Positions 33,869 to 37,274 of a stretch of 37,274 nucleotides of DNA are shown here, piece by piece; the stretch's first letter is position 1; the number at the start of each line of letters is the position of its first letter. A program made the position numbers and the translations under genes. Origin of the DNA: a virus (Duplodnaviria > Caudoviricetes); IMG/VR virus record IMGVR_UViG_3300050143_000080, positions 1 to 37,274 of that record; one strand, written 5' to 3'. The notes beneath the pieces are model-generated. The model was not told the DNA's origin, searched no databases, and saw only the letters and a program-made list of their open reading frames with translations.

Positions 33869-35464
33869 ATGAGCAGCAACGCCAAGCCCGCCCGCCTGAA
33901 CTTCATCGACCGCATGGTGGCGGCCGTGTCGCCGCAAGCCGGTGTGCACCGGCTCAAGGCCCGCACGGTGCTGGCCCACTACGAAGCCGCCAAGCCCAGC
34001 AGCCAGCGCAAGGCGCGGCGTGATGCCTCCAGTGCCAACCAGTTGGTCAGCAAGGGCGCGGTGCCCATGCGCAACAACATGCGCTACCTGGACCGCAACC
34101 ATGACCTGGTGACCGGTGCGCTCACCACCATGGTGAACAACATCGTGGGCCCTGCAGGCATCACGCCTGAGCCCCAGCCTCAGAACCTCGATGGCACCAT
34201 CAACACCGATTACGCCTTGGCATTGACCGAGGCGTACAACGACTTCCAGCGCCGCCCTGAGGTGACCTGGCAGCACGACATGAGCCACGTGCAGCGCCTG
34301 GTGTGCCGCTCGTGGCTGCGTGACGGCGAATGCTTCGCACAGCGCCTGATGGGCCCTGTGCCCCTGCTGGACCACGGCACCCGCGTGCCCTACAGCCTGG
34401 AGCTCATGGAAGCCGACATGCTGCCCATGGAGTATGACGAAGGCGACAGCATCCGCCAGAGCATCCAGCGCAATGCCTGGGGCCGCGTGACGGGCTACTG
34501 GGTCTACAAGACGAACCCCAGCGAGACCTTCAGCATGGTCAATGCGCTGAAGTTCATTCCGGCTGATCGCATGCTGCATGTGGCCCTGCGTGATCGCATT
34601 GGCCAGCTGCGCGGTGTGACGAAGTTCGCCAGCGTGATCACACGCATGGAAGACCTCAAGGACTTCGAGGAAAGCGAACGCATTGCCGCCAAGCTTAGCG
34701 CCATGCTGTGCGCCTTCGTGAAGCGCAATAGCCCGGTGGACATTGGCTATGAGGCCCCCACTGACTCTGAAGGCAAGCCTGTGAATCGCGAGTTCAGCAT
34801 GGCCCCCGGCATGATCATCGACACCCTGGTGGCTGGCGAAGAGATCGGCCTGATCGACACCAAGCGGCCCAACCCCAACCTGATCCACTGGCGCGATGGC
34901 CAGCTGCGCGCCTTTGCCTCGGGCATCAGCGCGAGCTACTCCAGCATCAGCCGCAACTACAACGGCAGCTACAGCTCGCAGCGCCAAGAATTGGTCGAGC
35001 AGTGGGTGAACTACGCCTCGCTGACTGACCTGTTCACCGAGCTGTTCATGCGCCCAACGTGGTCCGACTTCGTGATGGCTGCTGACCTGAGCGGCGTGGT
35101 GCGCACGCCTAAGGGCATCAAGCCTGGCACCGCTGACGCTTGCTTGTTCGTGGCCCCCTCGATGCCTTGGATCGACCCGCTGAAAGAGATCAGCGCGTGG
35201 GTGATGGCTGTGCAGGCTGGCTTTGCCAGCGAGGTCGAGGTGATGCGCAAGCGCGGCGTGAGCCCTGATGAATTGCTGCGCCAAGTTGTGGCCTGGCGCA
35301 AGAAGACGGCCGCCGCTGGCGTGGTCTTCAACAGCGACGCGGCCGTGTCTGACGCGCAGAACGTGGCCACGCAGAACAACACCGACCCGAACCCGAACCC
35401 GAACCCCGATCCCAACCCGGCCCCGGCAGACCCTGCCTCGGGCGACACCAACGCGCAGGCCTGA
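33869..35464 (+). CDS. Portal protein, lambda family
   Basis: YEAA, R.LDRN.D, IVG..GI..EP, DGE.F, RIGQLRG, NYNGSYSSQRQELVE, PWIDP.KE. Confidence 0.96.
   Translation: MSSNAKPARLNFIDRMVAAVSPQAGVHRLKARTVLAHYEAAKPSSQRKARRDASSANQLVSKGAVPMRNNMRYLDRNHDLVTGALTTMVNNIVGPAGITPEPQPQNLDGTINTDYALALTEAYNDFQRRPEVTWQHDMSHVQRLVCRSWLRDGECFAQRLMGPVPLLDHGTRVPYSLELMEADMLPMEYDEGDSIRQSIQRNAWGRVTGYWVYKTNPSETFSMVNALKFIPADRMLHVALRDRIGQLRGVTKFASVITRMEDLKDFEESERIAAKLSAMLCAFVKRNSPVDIGYEAPTDSEGKPVNREFSMAPGMIIDTLVAGEEIGLIDTKRPNPNLIHWRDGQLRAFASGISASYSSISRNYNGSYSSQRQELVEQWVNYASLTDLFTELFMRPTWSDFVMAADLSGVVRTPKGIKPGTADACLFVAPSMPWIDPLKEISAWVMAVQAGFASEVEVMRKRGVSPDELLRQVVAWRKKTAAAGVVFNSDAAVSDAQNVATQNNTDPNPNPNPDPNPAPADPASGDTNAQA
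35385..35402 (+). repeat. ACCCGA x3 tandem repeat encoding the Pro-Asn tail of the portal
   Basis: Three perfect hexamers within DPNPNPNPDPNP. Confidence 0.8.
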
Positions 35465-35484
35465 GGCCTGGCAGGAGAGAGAAC

Positions 35485-37248
35485 ATGGCAGACCTCATCG
35501 TCCACGACCTGGGCAAACTCAGCAGCATTGCCAACGGCACGCCAGTGCAGGCCAAAAGCGGCGGCAACCACTCGGTGACAGCCACGGTGCAGGGCACGGG
35601 CTCTGTGTCGTTCTCTGGCCAAGTGATGGGCACCAATGACATCGCAGGCACCTGGATGAAGGTGGCCACGGTGACAGGTAGCGGCACAACCACCGCGTCA
35701 GGCTCAGCCACATTCAGCGACGACTACCGGTTTTGGCGCTTTGATGTGACAGCCATGACTGGCACCAGTGTGCTGGCTGTGCTGGCGACTGATCCGTTGG
35801 GCACGGGTGCTCCCTCCACCCCATCGGGCGCGGTGGTGCTACGCCTCGGTCAGATTGGCAGCAAGTGCCGTATTCCGCAACAGAAAGACACGACCATCCG
35901 GCAGGCTCGCAGCCGGATGACGCACTGGAACTTTCAGGATGTTATCGCCAATGGCTGGGCCATTGAATGGCCCAACTTTGCCATTAGTGCGGGCACACCA
36001 GAAGCTGGGCCTGGTGCGACTTTGTCCATTGTTGCCGCCATCGAATATCCAGTGGGCACCTTCACCCAATTGACTTTTGGTGGTGCGACGATTGGCAGCA
36101 TTCCCGATGGCGGCCGCTTGCAGTGCGACCCGATCAATGTGGCTATTCCAAAGCTTGCAGCCTATCGGGAGCACACGTTTGTCTACACGTCGGGCGCTTG
36201 GATTCCGCTGGCTGCAGGTTCTGCAAACATGCAGAACGATGGCCTTAATTGCGATACAACGCAGGGCGCGATGTCTGGCCTGACTGACACGACGTTGACA
36301 AATCCGACGCTCACTCAGGCAACTCAACTGTCAGCGAACTACGGTGCCTGCGCCATCCTTGCTCAAACGAGCCTGATGTCGGCATTTGGCGATGGCGACT
36401 CGATCATGCAGTCTGTCGGGGATAACGGGTATTACATCCAGTGGTTCAGTGATACTGACTGGGACGCAGAGGCGCTTCAATGGGGCGCGCAAGGGTTCTT
36501 TGAGCGCGGTTTGGGCTATCGCTGTCCGACAATTCGCGCTGGTGCCAATGGTGAAAAGGTTTCAAACCTTGCCACCCTTATGGCCGGAACTGGGTATGAA
36601 AACCGAACTGCGCTGGCGAAATACTGCCGCGCTGCCGTGATCATGTGCGGAATCAACGATGTGGTGAATACCTCCGATAGCCGAACAACCATCGTCAACA
36701 ACATCCAAAGCATCGCAGCAGCTTGGCACACACGCGGGATCCCCCCGTATTGGTGCACGATGGCACCGGGCGGTGTGATTTCAACCGATGGGTACACAAC
36801 ACAGGCTGGTCAGACTCTGCAGGCGCGTAACAATATCCGAGCAGACGTCAATGAATACTTGCGGCAAGGCAAGCTCACAAACGTCAGCGGCACCGTGGAA
36901 ACCGCTGCGCAGGTTGAGGCTGGCAAGGGTGGTCAGGCTGGTGGTACTGGATATTGGCGCACCTTCAGCCGTGGGCGCGTCCTTTCTGACGTAGTGGGCA
37001 ACGGTACAAAAACGGTCACATCTGCCACTGCAAATTTTGACCAGAACGACACGCGAGCTAGAGTCACGATCAACGGTTTGGACAATGTAATCACCCGTGT
37101 GGTGAGTGCTACGACGATTGAAGTTCAATCAACGGTGGCGGCTGCAAGTGGTTTGCCAATGCAAATTGGCTATGCCATGTACACGGGTGACGGCACGCAC
37201 GGCAGTCACTACGCAATGGCTCGCGCTTTGCGCAGTTTCCCGCTGTGA
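35485..37248 (+). CDS. SGNH/GDSL hydrolase-domain protein, probably virion-associated
   Basis: GGAG RBS; block I GDS, block II G.NG, block III GIND, block V DGTH; beta-rich Thr/Gly N-terminal half. Confidence 0.8.
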   Translation: MADLIVHDLGKLSSIANGTPVQAKSGGNHSVTATVQGTGSVSFSGQVMGTNDIAGTWMKVATVTGSGTTTASGSATFSDDYRFWRFDVTAMTGTSVLAVLATDPLGTGAPSTPSGAVVLRLGQIGSKCRIPQQKDTTIRQARSRMTHWNFQDVIANGWAIEWPNFAISAGTPEAGPGATLSIVAAIEYPVGTFTQLTFGGATIGSIPDGGRLQCDPINVAIPKLAAYREHTFVYTSGAWIPLAAGSANMQNDGLNCDTTQGAMSGLTDTTLTNPTLTQATQLSANYGACAILAQTSLMSAFGDGDSIMQSVGDNGYYIQWFSDTDWDAEALQWGAQGFFERGLGYRCPTIRAGANGEKVSNLATLMAGTGYENRTALAKYCRAAVIMCGINDVVNTSDSRTTIVNNIQSIAAAWHTRGIPPYWCTMAPGGVISTDGYTTQAGQTLQARNNIRADVNEYLRQGKLTNVSGTVETAAQVEAGKGGQAGGTGYWRTFSRGRVLSDVVGNGTKTVTSATANFDQNDTRARVTINGLDNVITRVVSATTIEVQSTVAAASGLPMQIGYAMYTGDGTHGSHYAMARALRSFPL

Positions 37249-37274
37249 TGACCCGCCCCCTCACCCTGGCCCTG

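Larger units (their letters stand above)
1..37274. mobile_element. Temperate lambda-like siphovirus / prophage (partial; both ends outside the window)
   Basis: Divergent cI/cro switch, cII-like gene, primase-helicase, Nu1/GpA-type terminases, capsid, tape measure, tail tip and lambda-family portal; no host housekeeping genes seen. Confidence 0.96.

Noticed and set aside
18160-35284. Long minus-strand ORFs opposite the structural genes (e.g. 18160..19491, 21277..22515, 23901..26048, 33734..35284)
   Set aside because: Typical stop-poor antisense frames of high-GC3 genes; no RBS or motif support
30248-37274. Diversity-generating retroelement or invertible tail-fibre cassette
   Set aside because: No reverse transcriptase, invertase or TR/VR-like repeat pair seen in the window
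37248-37274. Start of a further ORF (TGATG overlap, MTRPLTLAL...)
   Set aside because: Only 9 codons before the window ends; cannot be supported or assigned

Overview
The window is the central ~37 kb of a temperate, GC-rich, lambda-like siphovirus or prophage. The host is probably a betaproteobacterium, which is an inference from composition and gene families. Integrase and lysis genes are not in the window. The left arm (1-11460, minus strand) is an early operon of small accessory genes plus a C5 DNA methyltransferase, a long ParB-family protein and an HD hydrolase. It is followed by an immunity region (cI-like, cro-like, cII-like, four TCAAAC-N6-GTTTGA operators), a primase-helicase with an adjacent nested inverted-repeat origin, a lambda-style cos site, the terminases, a Mor-family activator, a protease-capsid fusion and a long-tail module. 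gpW and portal sit out of the usual order, after the tail genes, followed by an SGNH-hydrolase protein. The most notable signals are: (1) two integron attC-like sites in the phage early operon, each paired at identical spacing with a covarying hairpin and bracketing a three-gene cassette-like unit; (2) a small, apparently catalytically dead homologue of the phage's own helicase domain; (3) an exact 36-bp palindromic direct repeat flanking a 12.4-kb capsid-tail block that displaces gpW-portal; (4) two antisense overlapping genes. All family assignments come from motif recognition by eye, not from database searches.
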